DNA of 64,000 nt from Alphaproteobacteria bacterium (GCA_965220745.1 CBDCQT010000013.1:384001-448000), one strand, 5' to 3'. Positions 50,816 to 60,854 are shown, counted from the stretch's first letter. Numbers and translations are program-made. The notes: generated from the letters alone by a model not told the origin.

Positions 50816-51373
50816 ATGGCCGATCCTGATCTCGACGACCTGGAACGCCGGATGAACGGCGCCGTCGAGGCGCTCCGGAAGGAGTTGGGCGGTCTCCGCA
50901 CCGGGCGGGCGTCCTTGAGCCTGCTGGAGCCCATCGTGGTCGAGGCCTACGAGACGGAGATGCCCCTCAACCAGGTCGCGACCATCAACGTCCCCGAGCC
51001 GCGCATGCTCTCGGTCCAGGTCTGGGACAAGACGCAGGTGAAGGCGGTGGAGAAGGCAATCCGCTCCTCCGATCTCGGGCTCAATCCCATCGTCGACGGC
51101 CAGTCTCTCCGCATCCCGATCCCGGAGCTGAACGAGGAACGCCGCCACGAACTCGCCAAAGTTGCCGGCAAGTATGCGGAGCAAGCCAAGGTGGCGGTGC
51201 GCAACGTCCGGCGCGACGGCATGGACCAGCTCAAGAAGATGGAGCGCGCGGGCGAGCTCGGTGAGGACGAATCGCGGCTGTGGGCGGGCGAAATTCAGGA
51301 GATGACCGACGGGTTCGTCAAGAAGATGACCGAGATGTTCGAGGCCAAGGAACAGGAGATTTTGCAGGTCTGA
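50816..51373 (+). CDS. frr: Ribosome recycling factor
   Basis: [29 protein letters not shown]. Confidence 0.97.
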   Translation: MADPDLDDLERRMNGAVEALRKELGGLRTGRASLSLLEPIVVEAYETEMPLNQVATINVPEPRMLSVQVWDKTQVKAVEKAIRSSDLGLNPIVDGQSLRIPIPELNEERRHELAKVAGKYAEQAKVAVRNVRRDGMDQLKKMERAGELGEDESRLWAGEIQEMTDGFVKKMTEMFEAKEQEILQV

Positions 51374-51375
51374 AC

Positions 51376-52110
51376 ATGGCGCTCGCGCGATCATTCGCCG
51401 ACCGGCAGGATTCCGGCCTGCACGTCGGCATCATTCTGGACGGAAACGGACGCTGGGCACGGGCGCGGGGTTTGCCGAGAGCGGCGGGGCACCGGCGCGG
51501 CGCCGAGGTCGTGAAGAGAATTTTGCGGGGTTGCCCCGACCGGGGCATCCGCTACCTCACCATCTACGCGTTCTCGTCGGAAAACTGGAAGCGGCCCGAG
51601 GGCGAGGTTGCGGACCTCATGGGGCTGCTGCGGCTCTACCTGCGCCGCGAGGTCGCCGATCTGCATACGAATGGGGTCCAGATCGCCTTCATCGGCGACC
51701 GCTCGCGGCTGAGCAGGGAGATCAACGCCCTCATCGACGAGGCCGAGGAAAGCACCCGGCACAACGCCACGATTACCCTCACCGTCGCCGTCAACTACGG
51801 CGGGCGGCAGGAGATCGTGGATTCGGTGCGCCGGATCGCCGAGCAGGTCCGCGACGGGGCGCTCGATACCGACCAGATTTCCGAGGAGACGGTTCAGCGC
51901 CACCTCCAGACCCGCGACCTGCCGGACCTCGATCTGGTGATCCGCACCAGTGGCGAGCAGCGCCTCAGCAACTTCCTGCTGTGGCAGTCGGCCTATACCG
52001 AGCTCGTGTTCGTGCCGACGCTCTGGCCCGACTTCACCCTGGAGCACCTCGATCAGGCGATCGGCGAGTTCCAGAGCCGCGAGCGGCGCTACGGCGGCGC
52101 CCGGAGCTAG
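51376..52110 (+). CDS. uppS: Undecaprenyl diphosphate synthase (isoprenyl transferase)
   Basis: ILDGNGRWA, YAFSSENWKRP, NYGGR, IRTSGEQRLSNFLLWQ. Confidence 0.96.
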   Translation: MALARSFADRQDSGLHVGIILDGNGRWARARGLPRAAGHRRGAEVVKRILRGCPDRGIRYLTIYAFSSENWKRPEGEVADLMGLLRLYLRREVADLHTNGVQIAFIGDRSRLSREINALIDEAEESTRHNATITLTVAVNYGGRQEIVDSVRRIAEQVRDGALDTDQISEETVQRHLQTRDLPDLDLVIRTSGEQRLSNFLLWQSAYTELVFVPTLWPDFTLEHLDQAIGEFQSRERRYGGARS

Positions 52111-52150
52111 TCGGCGGGCCGGGGCAGCGGGGCAGGGCCGGGAGAAGAGA

Positions 52151-53572
52151 ATGACCTTGTCCGCGCGAGAGCTCTGCACCCTGACCGCCACCGAGGCGAT
52201 TGCCGCGTTCAAGGCCGGGACGCTCTCGCCGGTCGCGCTCATGGAAGCGACGCTGGCGCGGATCGAGGCCGTCAACCCCGCGCTCAATGCCTTCACCGAG
52301 GTCCATGCCGAGCGCGCGCTCGACCAAGCCCGCGCGGCGGAGGCCGCCTACGCGCGCGGGGAGGTGCGACCGCTGGAGGGGATACCGGTCGCGATCAAGG
52401 ACTTTCACCCGGTCGCCGGCGAGCTCACCACCTTCGGCTCCAAGGCGTTCGCCGACCACAGGCCCGAGCGCTCCGCGCCGACCGTTTCCCGCCTGCTCGA
52501 CGCCGGCGGCATCATGCACGCGCGCACGACCACGCCGGAATTCGCCTACGCGCCGATCACCGCGAGCCCGCTCTGGGGCGTCACCCGCAACCCCTGGAGC
52601 CTGGAGCACGCCCCCGGCGGCTCGTCGGGCGGCGCCGGCGCCGCGCTCGCCGCCGGCATGACGATGCTGGCGGATGGCACCGATGCGGGCGGCTCCGTCC
52701 GCATCCCGGCCGCCGCCTGCCATATCGTCGGCTACAAGCCGCCGTTCGGACGCAATCCGCTGGACCGGGATCATCCCATCGAATCGCTGCTCCACTACGG
52801 GCCGATGACGCGGAGCGTCGGCGACGCCGCGCTGATGCAGAACGTGATGTCGGGCGCCCACGGCGACGACATGTGCTCGCTCAAGGAGCGCATCGTTCTG
52901 CCCGAGAGCTATGCGCCGATCGAGGGCTGGACCGTCGGCTTCTCCATGGACCTCGGCATGTTCGAGATCGATCCCGAGGTGGCCCGCAACACGGAGGCCG
53001 CGGTGGAGGTGTTTCGTCGCCTCGGCTGCACCATCCGCGAGGTGACGCCGGACTGGGGCGGGTTCGACCTGCCCCATCCCTACCTCCGCTATTGGGAGGG
53101 CATGGCGGCGTCGAGTCTCGGCGGCATGGTCGACGAGTGGCGCGACGATATGGACCCCTACATGGTCGGCATCATCGAGAACGGCCGCGCGCACTCGGCG
53201 GAGACGATCTACCGCTGCAACATCGTGCGCGGTGCGATGTTCCGCTCGCTGGCGCCGATCCTGGAGGACTGCAACATCCTGGTCTGCCCGTCGCTCGCCG
53301 TGCCGACGGTGGCGGCGGCGCACGATTGCGGCGACGAGGATTTCCGGGTCAACGGCAAGCCGGTTCACGCCTATCTGGGCTGGAACCTCTGCTACCCCTT
53401 CAACATGGTGAGCCAATGCCCGGTGATCGCGGTGCCGAGCGGGCTCAGCTCTGACGGCCTGCCCACCGGCATTCAGATCGTCGGGCGGACCTACGACGAC
53501 CCGAGCGTCTTCCAGGCCGCGGCGGCCTACGAGGCGGCCAATCCGTGGCGGGACGTGCTCCCGCCAATCTGA
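52151..53572 (+). CDS. Amidase-signature family amidase
   Basis: PVAIKD, GGSSGG, GTDAGGSVRIPA (Ser-cisSer-Lys triad). Confidence 0.93.
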   Translation: MTLSARELCTLTATEAIAAFKAGTLSPVALMEATLARIEAVNPALNAFTEVHAERALDQARAAEAAYARGEVRPLEGIPVAIKDFHPVAGELTTFGSKAFADHRPERSAPTVSRLLDAGGIMHARTTTPEFAYAPITASPLWGVTRNPWSLEHAPGGSSGGAGAALAAGMTMLADGTDAGGSVRIPAAACHIVGYKPPFGRNPLDRDHPIESLLHYGPMTRSVGDAALMQNVMSGAHGDDMCSLKERIVLPESYAPIEGWTVGFSMDLGMFEIDPEVARNTEAAVEVFRRLGCTIREVTPDWGGFDLPHPYLRYWEGMAASSLGGMVDEWRDDMDPYMVGIIENGRAHSAETIYRCNIVRGAMFRSLAPILEDCNILVCPSLAVPTVAAAHDCGDEDFRVNGKPVHAYLGWNLCYPFNMVSQCPVIAVPSGLSSDGLPTGIQIVGRTYDDPSVFQAAAAYEAANPWRDVLPPI

Positions 53573-53618
53573 CCAGCCGCAGCTATCGCGCCGCGACTAT
53601 CGAAGCAGAGACCGAGCC

Positions 53619-54938
53619 ATGACCGACGATCTGCTGACCCGCGATGGGCGCACCATCGCCGACATCGAGCGGATTCGCTTCTTTCCGGCGACCACCGTGG
53701 GGGGCGAGGGCTCCTACGTGATCGAGGAGGGCGGCCGGCGCGTGCTCGACTTCAGCGCGTCGTGGGGCGCGGCGTGTCTGGGCTACGGCCACCCGGCGCT
53801 GGCCGAGGCGGTGAGCGAGGCCGTGGGCAACATGGGCGCGGTCAGCCTCGCCTCGTGCGCGGTCGGGCACGCGGTCGGGCTGGCGGAGGACCTGCTGGCG
53901 CGCCTGCCCGGCGATCGCGAGCGGCGGGTCTGGTTCGGCCATGCCGGCTCCGACGCCAACGACGCGGTGGTGCGCCTGCTTGAGGCGGCGACACCGCGCC
54001 GCGGCATCCTCTCCTTCGTCGGCGCCTATCACGGCGGCAGCGCCGCCTCGATGTCGGTCTCGGGCCACAGCTCCCAGAGCCACGCGCCGGCGCGGGACGG
54101 CCTCACGCGGCTGCCGTATCCCGACCCATACCGCCCGCAGTTCACGCCCGATCTGGTCCAAGGCGCCCTCGACGACCTCGATCGACGCTTCGAGAGCGAG
54201 CTTCCGCCAGAGGAGATCGCCGCCGTCTTCATCGAGCCGATCCAGTCGGACGGCGGCCTCATCGTGCCGCCCGCCGGCTTCCTCAAGGGGCTGGAGGAGC
54301 GCTGCCGCGCCCACGGCATCCTCATCGTGGTGGACGAGGTCAAGGTGGGAATGGGCCGCACCGGTCTTTTCCATGCCTTCGAGGCCGAGGGCCTGAGCCC
54401 GGACATCGTGGTCTACGGCAAGGGCCTGGGCGGCGGTCTGCCGATCTCGGCCGTGGTCGGGCCGGCGGAGCTGATGAACCTTCAGCCTGCCTTCGCCATC
54501 ATGACGGCCGCCGGCAATCCGGTCTGCGCCGCTGCCGGCCGCGCCGTCCTGCGCACCATCGAGGAGGAGGACCTGATGGCGAGGGCAGCGCTCAGGGGAG
54601 AGCACCTGCTGGCGGGGCTGGCGCGGCTCGCCCAGCGCCATGCGCTGATCGGCCATGTGCGCGGGCGGGGCCTGACGTGCGGTGTTGAGCTGGTCCGCGA
54701 CCCGGTGAGCAAGGGGCCCGCGCGCGCCGAGACGGCGAAGGTCGCCTTCCGCGCCCACCAGCTCGGGCTGATCTTCTATTACGTCGGCATGGAGTCGAAC
54801 GTGCTCGAGCTCACTCCGCCGCTGACCATCTCCGAGGACGAGATCGACGAGGGCCTCGCCATCCTCGACCGGGCGCTGGAGGACGTGGCAGCGGGCCGCG
54901 TCTCGGACGCAGACATTGCCGCCTTCGCCGGGTGGTAG
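53619..54938 (+). CDS. Alpha-amino-epsilon-caprolactam racemase-like PLP enzyme (class III aminotransferase fold)
   Basis: RFFP, WGAACLGYGHP, EPIQSDGGLIVPP (Asp where GABA aminotransferases usually have Glu), DEVKVG, GKGLGGG, YYVGM..NVLE.TPPL and C-terminal FAGW all agree with my recollection of Achromobacter ACL racemase. Confidence 0.78.
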   Translation: MTDDLLTRDGRTIADIERIRFFPATTVGGEGSYVIEEGGRRVLDFSASWGAACLGYGHPALAEAVSEAVGNMGAVSLASCAVGHAVGLAEDLLARLPGDRERRVWFGHAGSDANDAVVRLLEAATPRRGILSFVGAYHGGSAASMSVSGHSSQSHAPARDGLTRLPYPDPYRPQFTPDLVQGALDDLDRRFESELPPEEIAAVFIEPIQSDGGLIVPPAGFLKGLEERCRAHGILIVVDEVKVGMGRTGLFHAFEAEGLSPDIVVYGKGLGGGLPISAVVGPAELMNLQPAFAIMTAAGNPVCAAAGRAVLRTIEEEDLMARAALRGEHLLAGLARLAQRHALIGHVRGRGLTCGVELVRDPVSKGPARAETAKVAFRAHQLGLIFYYVGMESNVLELTPPLTISEDEIDEGLAILDRALEDVAAGRVSDADIAAFAGW

Positions 54939-54965
54939 CGGCCCCACGCATGGCGCGGGGCCGCT
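54937..54965. terminator. GC-rich hairpin between convergent genes
   Basis: AGCGGCCCC...GGGGCCGCT inverted repeat between the racemase-like gene and dctP; no clear U tract. Confidence 0.45.
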
Positions 54966-54974
54966 GATCGCGGA

Positions 54975-56018
54975 TCAACCGTAACGGTAGGGGCGTCCCG
55001 CCCTCTCCATGTCCGCGTTGTACTGCTTGAAGACCTCGACCACCTTGGCCTTGGTCTCCGATTCGGCCGCGATCTCGTCCCAGAACGTGCGCGCGGCGGC
55101 CTCCACTTGCGCCCATTCGTCGTCCGGGATCGAGGTCAGCTGCATCTTGGTCCCGTGCACGCGCAGGCTGGCCTCGCCGCCCCAGTACCACCACTGACGG
55201 TAGTAGTGGGACTGGTCGCAGATGACGCGGAGCAGCGTCTGCAGGTCTTCGGGAACCTCGTTCCAGCGCTCCATGTTCGCGTAGAAGTGGCCGATCCAGG
55301 CGCCCGAGATGTTGTTGGTGAGGAAGTAATTGGTCACGTCGGCCCAGCCCACCGTGTAATCCTCGGTGATGCCGGACCAGGCGACGCCGTCGAGCTCACC
55401 GGTCTGCACCGCGACCTCGATGTCCTCCCACGGGAGCGTCACCGGCACCACGCCGAACTGGGTCAGGAAGCGCCCGGCGGTGGGGAAGGTGAACACCCGC
55501 TTGCCCTCCAGGTCGGCGAGCGAGTGGATCGGGTCCTTGGTCGCGAAGTGGCAGGGGTCCCAGGCGCCCGCCGAGATGTGCTTGACGCCGACCTTCTCGT
55601 ACTCCGCGCCCCAGATCTCGTTGAGGCCGTACTGGTTGAAGAGCACGGGCACGTCGAGCGAGTAGCGCGATGCGAACGGGAAGTAGCCGCCGAAGACGGT
55701 GACCTCGGTCGGCGAGGCCATGGAATCGTCGTCGGACTGCACCGCGTCGATGGTGCCGCGCTGCATGGCGCGGAAGAGCTCGCCCGTCGGCACGATCTGA
55801 TCGGAAAAGAACAGCTCGATCTGCATGCGCTCGCCCGCGATCTTGTTGAACATTTCGATCGCGGGCACCACCACGTGCTCGGCCAGGGCGGGGCCGGCAT
55901 AGGTCTGCATCCGCCAGGTGATCTGCGCCTGCGCAACCGAAGGCTTCACGATGGCAGCGGCTGCGGCAGCGGCCGGCACTGCGGCGGCGGCCTTGAGAAG
56001 ATTACGCCGTGTTGTCAT
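54975..56018 (-). CDS. dctP: TRAP transporter substrate-binding protein with Tat signal
   Basis: MTTRRNLLK twin-arginine signal, WRMQT, DLEGKR; AAGGAG RBS. Confidence 0.88.
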   Translation of the reverse strand: MTTRRNLLKAAAAVPAAAAAAAIVKPSVAQAQITWRMQTYAGPALAEHVVVPAIEMFNKIAGERMQIELFFSDQIVPTGELFRAMQRGTIDAVQSDDDSMASPTEVTVFGGYFPFASRYSLDVPVLFNQYGLNEIWGAEYEKVGVKHISAGAWDPCHFATKDPIHSLADLEGKRVFTFPTAGRFLTQFGVVPVTLPWEDIEVAVQTGELDGVAWSGITEDYTVGWADVTNYFLTNNISGAWIGHFYANMERWNEVPEDLQTLLRVICDQSHYYRQWWYWGGEASLRVHGTKMQLTSIPDDEWAQVEAAARTFWDEIAAESETKAKVVEVFKQYNADMERAGRPYRYG

Positions 56019-56065
56019 GGGTCTTTCTCCTTCCAGGTTGATGTGACATTGAACCGGGTAATCGA

Positions 56066-57391
56066 TCAGTTGCCGTAAACGTAAGCCGGGAACCACAGGG
56101 CGATTTCCGGGAAGATCATGATGATGGCAAGTGCAACGATCATCACGCCCACGAAGGGAATGATTGATCGATAAATGTCGCGCAAGGTGATTTCGGGCGG
56201 GGCCATGGCCCGCATCAGGAACAGATTGTAGCCGAATGGCGGCGTCATGTACGCGATCTGGGTGGTGATGGTGTAGAGGATGCCGTACCAGATCAGGTTG
56301 AAGCCCAGCGCGTCGACCAGCGGCACGTAAAGAGGCGCCACGATCACCAGCATTGCCGTGTCGTCGAGGAACGTTCCCATCACGAGGAACGAGAGCTGCA
56401 TGAGAATGAGGACCATCCAGGGCGAAAGCCCCATCTGCTCGGTGAACAGGTTCTCGATCGCGTGCGCGGCCCCGAGACCGTCGAACACCGAGCCGAAGGC
56501 CAATGCCGCCATGATGATCCACATGAACATGCAGGTGATGCGGAGCGTGTTGCGCACCGAGTTCTCGAAGACCTGCCGGGTCATGCGCCGTCTGACCACG
56601 GCGGCGAGAAAGGCGGCGAGCGCGCCGATGGCCGAGGATTCGACGAGCGAGGTGGACCCGGTGACGAAGGGCACGATCATCACCGCGTAGATGAACAGCG
56701 GCAGGAGGCCGGCGCGGAGGAGCTTTAGCTTTTCGACTCGGGGAATGTCGCGGTCCGCCTTGGGAAGAACCGGACCGAGGTTCGGCGTGATCCGGCAGCG
56801 CAGCCAGATATAGAGGACGAAGAGCGCGGCCATCATGAGGCCGGGGAAGAGCCCCGCGAGCCAGAGCTGCCCCACGGGCTGGCGCGCGATCATCGCGTAG
56901 AGCACGAGCACCACGGATGGGGGCACAAGGATGCCGAGCGAGCTTCCGGCCTGGATAACCCCGGTCACCATGCGCTTGTCGTAGTTGCGCCTGAGCAGCT
57001 CCGGCAGCGCGATGGTGGCGCCGATGGCCATGCCCGCGACGCTGAGCCCGTTCATCGCCGAGACCAGCACCATGAGGCCGATGGTGCCCATGGCGAGCCC
57101 GCCGGCCATACCGCCGGTCCAGACGTGGAACATGCGGTAAAGATCGTCCGCGATTCTCGATTCCGAGAGGACGTAGCCCATGAAAATGAACATCGGCAAC
57201 GTGAGCAGCGGATACCATTTCATGAGCTTCATGGCGGCGGAGAAGCCCAGGTCGAAACCGCCGCGATCGCCCCAGAGCAGGAGCGCGGACAGAACGGCGA
57301 CGAAACCGATGGCGGCGAAGACGCGCTGGCCGGTCGCCAGCATGAGCATCATCAGCGCGAACATCAGGACGGTGATGAGCTCGTAGGACAT
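56066..57391 (-). CDS. dctM: TRAP transporter large permease
   Basis: LPMFIFMG, LGILVPPSVVL, YMTPPFG. Confidence 0.9.
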   Translation of the reverse strand: MSYELITVLMFALMMLMLATGQRVFAAIGFVAVLSALLLWGDRGGFDLGFSAAMKLMKWYPLLTLPMFIFMGYVLSESRIADDLYRMFHVWTGGMAGGLAMGTIGLMVLVSAMNGLSVAGMAIGATIALPELLRRNYDKRMVTGVIQAGSSLGILVPPSVVLVLYAMIARQPVGQLWLAGLFPGLMMAALFVLYIWLRCRITPNLGPVLPKADRDIPRVEKLKLLRAGLLPLFIYAVMIVPFVTGSTSLVESSAIGALAAFLAAVVRRRMTRQVFENSVRNTLRITCMFMWIIMAALAFGSVFDGLGAAHAIENLFTEQMGLSPWMVLILMQLSFLVMGTFLDDTAMLVIVAPLYVPLVDALGFNLIWYGILYTITTQIAYMTPPFGYNLFLMRAMAPPEITLRDIYRSIIPFVGVMIVALAIIMIFPEIALWFPAYVYGN

Positions 57392-57900
57392 CAAAATTCC
57401 TCGCGCCGGAGTCGCAAGATGTCCTTGAAAAACTCGGAAACCGCCTGGAAAACCATCAAGACGATGCCGGTGACCATGACCACCTTGATGGGCCAAAGAT
57501 AAGGCCGCCAGGCACTGGGGCTCCGCTCGCCGCCGTATTGAAAACTGTAGATCGTGGAGTCGATTCCGCCCCAGAGAAGAACCGCCAGATAGAAGAGCAG
57601 AAAGAACACCGTAAAGACGTCGAACCACGCCTTTCGGCGGGCGGACCACGAACCATAGAACAGGTCCATCCGCACGTTCGCGTCCGTTTGAACCGCATAA
57701 GGACCGCCCAGAATGTAATAGCCCACCATCGCGAATTGGGCCATTTCGAGCGTCCACAATGAGGGATTGAAAAACGTCTTCGAGAGCGACGACCAGAGCA
57801 AAATCGCCATGATCGCGAACATGCCGTACATGATGATGCGCCCGACGCGGCGGTTGACCGTGTCCACGACCAGAATGTAGCCGCGCATCGCGCCGGTCAC
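57391..57900 (-). CDS. dctQ: TRAP transporter small permease
   Basis: Four TM helices, WTLE and NVRMDLFY motifs. Confidence 0.88.
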   Translation of the reverse strand: MTGAMRGYILVVDTVNRRVGRIIMYGMFAIMAILLWSSLSKTFFNPSLWTLEMAQFAMVGYYILGGPYAVQTDANVRMDLFYGSWSARRKAWFDVFTVFFLLFYLAVLLWGGIDSTIYSFQYGGERSPSAWRPYLWPIKVVMVTGIVLMVFQAVSEFFKDILRLRREEF

Positions 57901-57957
57901 GTCCGCGCCTCCCGCGATGGAACCCTCAGATGCTCGGGCAGCGGCACGACGACCCTC

Positions 57958-58953
57958 TCAACGCGGGGCGCAGGCCCTGATGGTGCCTTCGGCAATCGCT
58001 TTGGCGTTAGGGCCGCCAGCCATGGGTGCGATCATCGGCAGGTCGATGCCCGAGGCGCGATAGGCCTCGATCCGCTCGCGGCAGCGCTCGGGCGTCCCGG
58101 CGATGCAGACCGTGTCGATGTGCGCGTCGCTCACCACCCGGGTGGCCGCCTCGCGCTCGCCGCGTCCCCATAGCTTGGCGATCTTCGCTGCTTCCTCGCC
58201 GAAGCCCTGGTCCTGCGCCATCCGGTTGTAGCGGGGGAAGAAGCCCGTATACATGGCGACGCCGGGTCTCAGCGCATCGTAGGCGTCGGCAGGATCATCG
58301 GCGGCTGCGGTCGGGACCAGTGTGGTGACGTCGACCGCGCCGGGGTCGCGCCCCGCCGCCTTCGCCCCGGCGGCAATGTACTCGCGCGCCTCCGCGCCGA
58401 CATCGAGCGTGGTGCGGGTCAGGATCAAGCCGTCTGCTTCCTCACCGCATATCCCGATCATCTTGGGAAAGACCGCGGCGTAGTAGATGGGCAGGCTGGG
58501 GCGGAACGGCTGAAACCAGAGCTCGTAGTTCTCGATGGTGACGGTCTCGCCCTGGTAGGAAACCTGGCCGTCGCGCAACAGGCGGCGCACGACCTCCGCG
58601 GTCTCCCGCACTCGGGTCACCGGCTTGCTGTAGACGAGGCCGTGCTCAGGCTCGACCTGGACCTTGTGGCTGGAGCCCAGGCCGAGAATGAACCGACCCT
58701 CGGAAAGCTGATCGACCACCGCCGCCGACATCGCGATGGTCGGCGCCGAGCGCACGAAGACGCTGGAGATGCAGGTGCCGAGCTTGACCCGACTGGTCTG
58801 CGCCGCGACTGCCGAGAGCACCGCGAACTGGTCGCCGCCGTGCCCCTCCGCCATCCACACCGAGTCATAGCCGAGCGATTCGGCGAGTTGCGCGCACTCG
58901 ACGGTTTCGGACGCGTTCAACCCAGCCGAGAACGCGACTCCCACTCTGCTCAT
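57958..58953 (-). CDS. LLM-class flavin/F420-dependent oxidoreductase
   Basis: AESLGYDSVWMAE, SEGRFILGLG, ADG, CIAGTPE. Confidence 0.9.
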   Translation of the reverse strand: MSRVGVAFSAGLNASETVECAQLAESLGYDSVWMAEGHGGDQFAVLSAVAAQTSRVKLGTCISSVFVRSAPTIAMSAAVVDQLSEGRFILGLGSSHKVQVEPEHGLVYSKPVTRVRETAEVVRRLLRDGQVSYQGETVTIENYELWFQPFRPSLPIYYAAVFPKMIGICGEEADGLILTRTTLDVGAEAREYIAAGAKAAGRDPGAVDVTTLVPTAAADDPADAYDALRPGVAMYTGFFPRYNRMAQDQGFGEEAAKIAKLWGRGEREAATRVVSDAHIDTVCIAGTPERCRERIEAYRASGIDLPMIAPMAGGPNAKAIAEGTIRACAPR

Positions 58954-59098
58954 GCCCTGCCTCCCCGGCTATTCGGTTGCCTCACGTTGCCCTGGATCGT
59001 ACAGAGGGCGAAAGGCGAATCCAAACCCGCCTCCATGCGTGGGCCGGCCCCGTTGGGCGCGGCGCCGAGGAGTGCGGGTACGCGGGGAGGGCAGTGAT

Positions 59099-59610
59099 AT
59101 GGGCGGATATCTGATCACCGGCGGCCGGCTGCTCGACGCCACCGGCGCGTCACCGCAGGACAGTGTTTCGGTGCTGGTGGAGGGCAACCGCATCCGCAAG
59201 ATCGGCCCGGACCGGGAGGTCGCGGCCGCAGCCGAAACCCTGGGCGGTTACCGGACCATCGATGCCGCCGGCCACACCGTCATGCCGGGCATGATCGACG
59301 CCCACTGCCATATCTCCTACGGCGACATCCTCTCGTTCGAGGAGCTCGACCTCTACGCGGGCGTGGAGTACCGCACGCTGCGCGCCGCCAACAACGCGCG
59401 CAAGGTGCTGCGCGCGGGCGTTACCGCGTTCTCCGATCCTGGCTCCACATGGAACATCTCGGTGGCGGTCCGCGACGCCATCAACGCCGGCCTGATCGAG
59501 GGGCCGCGCATGGCCTCGGCCGGGCGCTACATCACCACCTTCAACGCCATCGGCTCGCCCTGGCCGTCGTGGATGGAGCACCCCAAGTCGTCGTTCGCCG
59601 TGCTCTGCAA
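59099..59610 (+). pseudogene. Amidohydrolase (prolidase-like metal-dependent hydrolase), 5' part, interrupted by the IS
   Basis: VMPGMIDAHCH, LRAGVT, GPRM. The frame runs into the IS at ...SSFAVLC. Confidence 0.9.
59603..59610 (+). repeat. 8-bp target site duplication, left copy (CTCTGCAA)
   Basis: Identical to 62283-62290 and abuts the left IR. Confidence 0.95.
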
Positions 59611-59634
59611 GGGGATTACAAAGGCTGGTTGACA
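59611..59634 (+). repeat. Left terminal inverted repeat
   Basis: GGGGATTACAAAGGCTGGTTGACA. Confidence 0.95.
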
Positions 59635-59657
59635 TTCCGGCCCGGACTCGCTAAGTT
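59629..59657 (+). promoter_or_regulatory. Candidate transposase promoter with its -35 inside IRL
   Basis: TTGACA (59629-59634)-N17-TAAGTT (59652-59657). Confidence 0.65.
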
Positions 59658-59693
59658 CTATCAACCTATCCGTATCGGAAATGGAGACAGGAC

Positions 59694-60680
59694 ATGGCCC
59701 GCAAGGCGCCCGGCAAATCTCACCGCGAGGGACTGACCATCGTCGAGTTAGTGGACATGTTCCCGACCGAAGAGGCCGCCACGACATGGTTTGAGGATAC
59801 GATCTGGCCCGACGGCCGGCATTGCCCCAAGTGTGGCTCCGAGCGCACAGGCAAGGCGAGCCATGCCAGGATGCCCTATTGGTGCACGGACTGCCGGAGC
59901 TACTTCAGCGTCCGTACGAACACCCCCATGGCCCGGTCGAACGTGCCCCTGCGCAAGTGGGCCATTGCGATTTACCTGTGCCTGACGAGCCTCAAGAGCG
60001 TCTCCAGCATGAAGCTCAAGCGTGACATCGGAGTGTCGCAGCCCACCGCGTGGTTCATGCTCCAGCGTATCCGGGAGGCTTGGGCGGAAGACGACGATGA
60101 CGAGCTCGATGGCCCGGTAGAGGTCGATGAGACCTACATGGGAGGCGAGCGCAAGAACATGTCGATCGCCCGGCGCAAGGCACTCCGCGAGGCGAACACG
60201 GGGCGTGGTTCTGTCGGCAAGACGGCCGTTGTGGGCATCAAGGACCGCGAGAGCGGGGAAGTCCGTGTCGAGGTCGTATCGAGTGTCGACGGCAAGACCT
60301 TGCAGGGTTTCGTCCGCGAGAACACAGAGGCCGGCGCCAAGGTCTATACGGACGAAGCATCGGCTTACAAGGGACTGGCGCGGGACTTTGACCATGAGGG
60401 CGTGCGCCACAGCGTCAGTCAGTACGTCCGGGGGCAAGCCCACATCAACGGCATGGAATCGTTCTGGTCAATGCTCAAGAGGGCGCATGACGGCACGTTT
60501 CACAAGATCAGTCCCAAGCACCTGCAACGCTACGTTTCGGAGTTTGCAGGCAAGCACAATATCCGGGACTCAGGAACGCTTGCGCAGATGCGGGACACTG
60601 TCGCCCGTATGGTTGGCAGGAACCTTTTCTACCGGGACTTGACCGCCGACAACGGACTGTCGAACGCGGGCCGGTCGTAA
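59694..60680 (+). CDS. IS1595-family transposase
   Basis: Zn ribbon CPKC...CTDC, HTH (SSMKLKRDIGVSQPTAW), VEVDETY, YTDE..AY, HINGMESFW, KHLQRYVSEF; GGAG RBS. Confidence 0.96.
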   Translation: MARKAPGKSHREGLTIVELVDMFPTEEAATTWFEDTIWPDGRHCPKCGSERTGKASHARMPYWCTDCRSYFSVRTNTPMARSNVPLRKWAIAIYLCLTSLKSVSSMKLKRDIGVSQPTAWFMLQRIREAWAEDDDDELDGPVEVDETYMGGERKNMSIARRKALREANTGRGSVGKTAVVGIKDRESGEVRVEVVSSVDGKTLQGFVRENTEAGAKVYTDEASAYKGLARDFDHEGVRHSVSQYVRGQAHINGMESFWSMLKRAHDGTFHKISPKHLQRYVSEFAGKHNIRDSGTLAQMRDTVARMVGRNLFYRDLTADNGLSNAGRS

Positions 60681-60776
60681 AGGTTCAACCCGGCGAAAAA
60701 GGGCTTTGGCCAGCTTTTCCGGGGTTGCTCCGACAAGGTGAACTTTCGGGTCTAGCATCGGAACGCCACGGGTCAT
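60570..60776 (-). CDS. Small hypothetical protein (68 aa) overlapping the transposase 3' end in antisense
   Basis: AAGGAG RBS 8 nt before ATG 60776; MTRGVPMLDPKVHLVGATPEKLAKALFRR... Confidence 0.55.
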   Translation of the reverse strand: MTRGVPMLDPKVHLVGATPEKLAKALFRRVEPLRPARVRQSVVGGQVPVEKVPANHTGDSVPHLRKRS

Positions 60777-60792
60777 CGATTCGACTCCTTGC

Positions 60793-60820
60793 TTGACGAA
60801 AGGAAGGAACACGGTAATTT
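60793..60820 (+). promoter_or_regulatory. Candidate promoter for the leader plus micropeptide transcript
   Basis: TTGACG-N16-TAATTT. Confidence 0.45.
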
Positions 60821-60854
60821 CGCCCAAGTGGCCGCGACGAATCGCGGTGACCCG

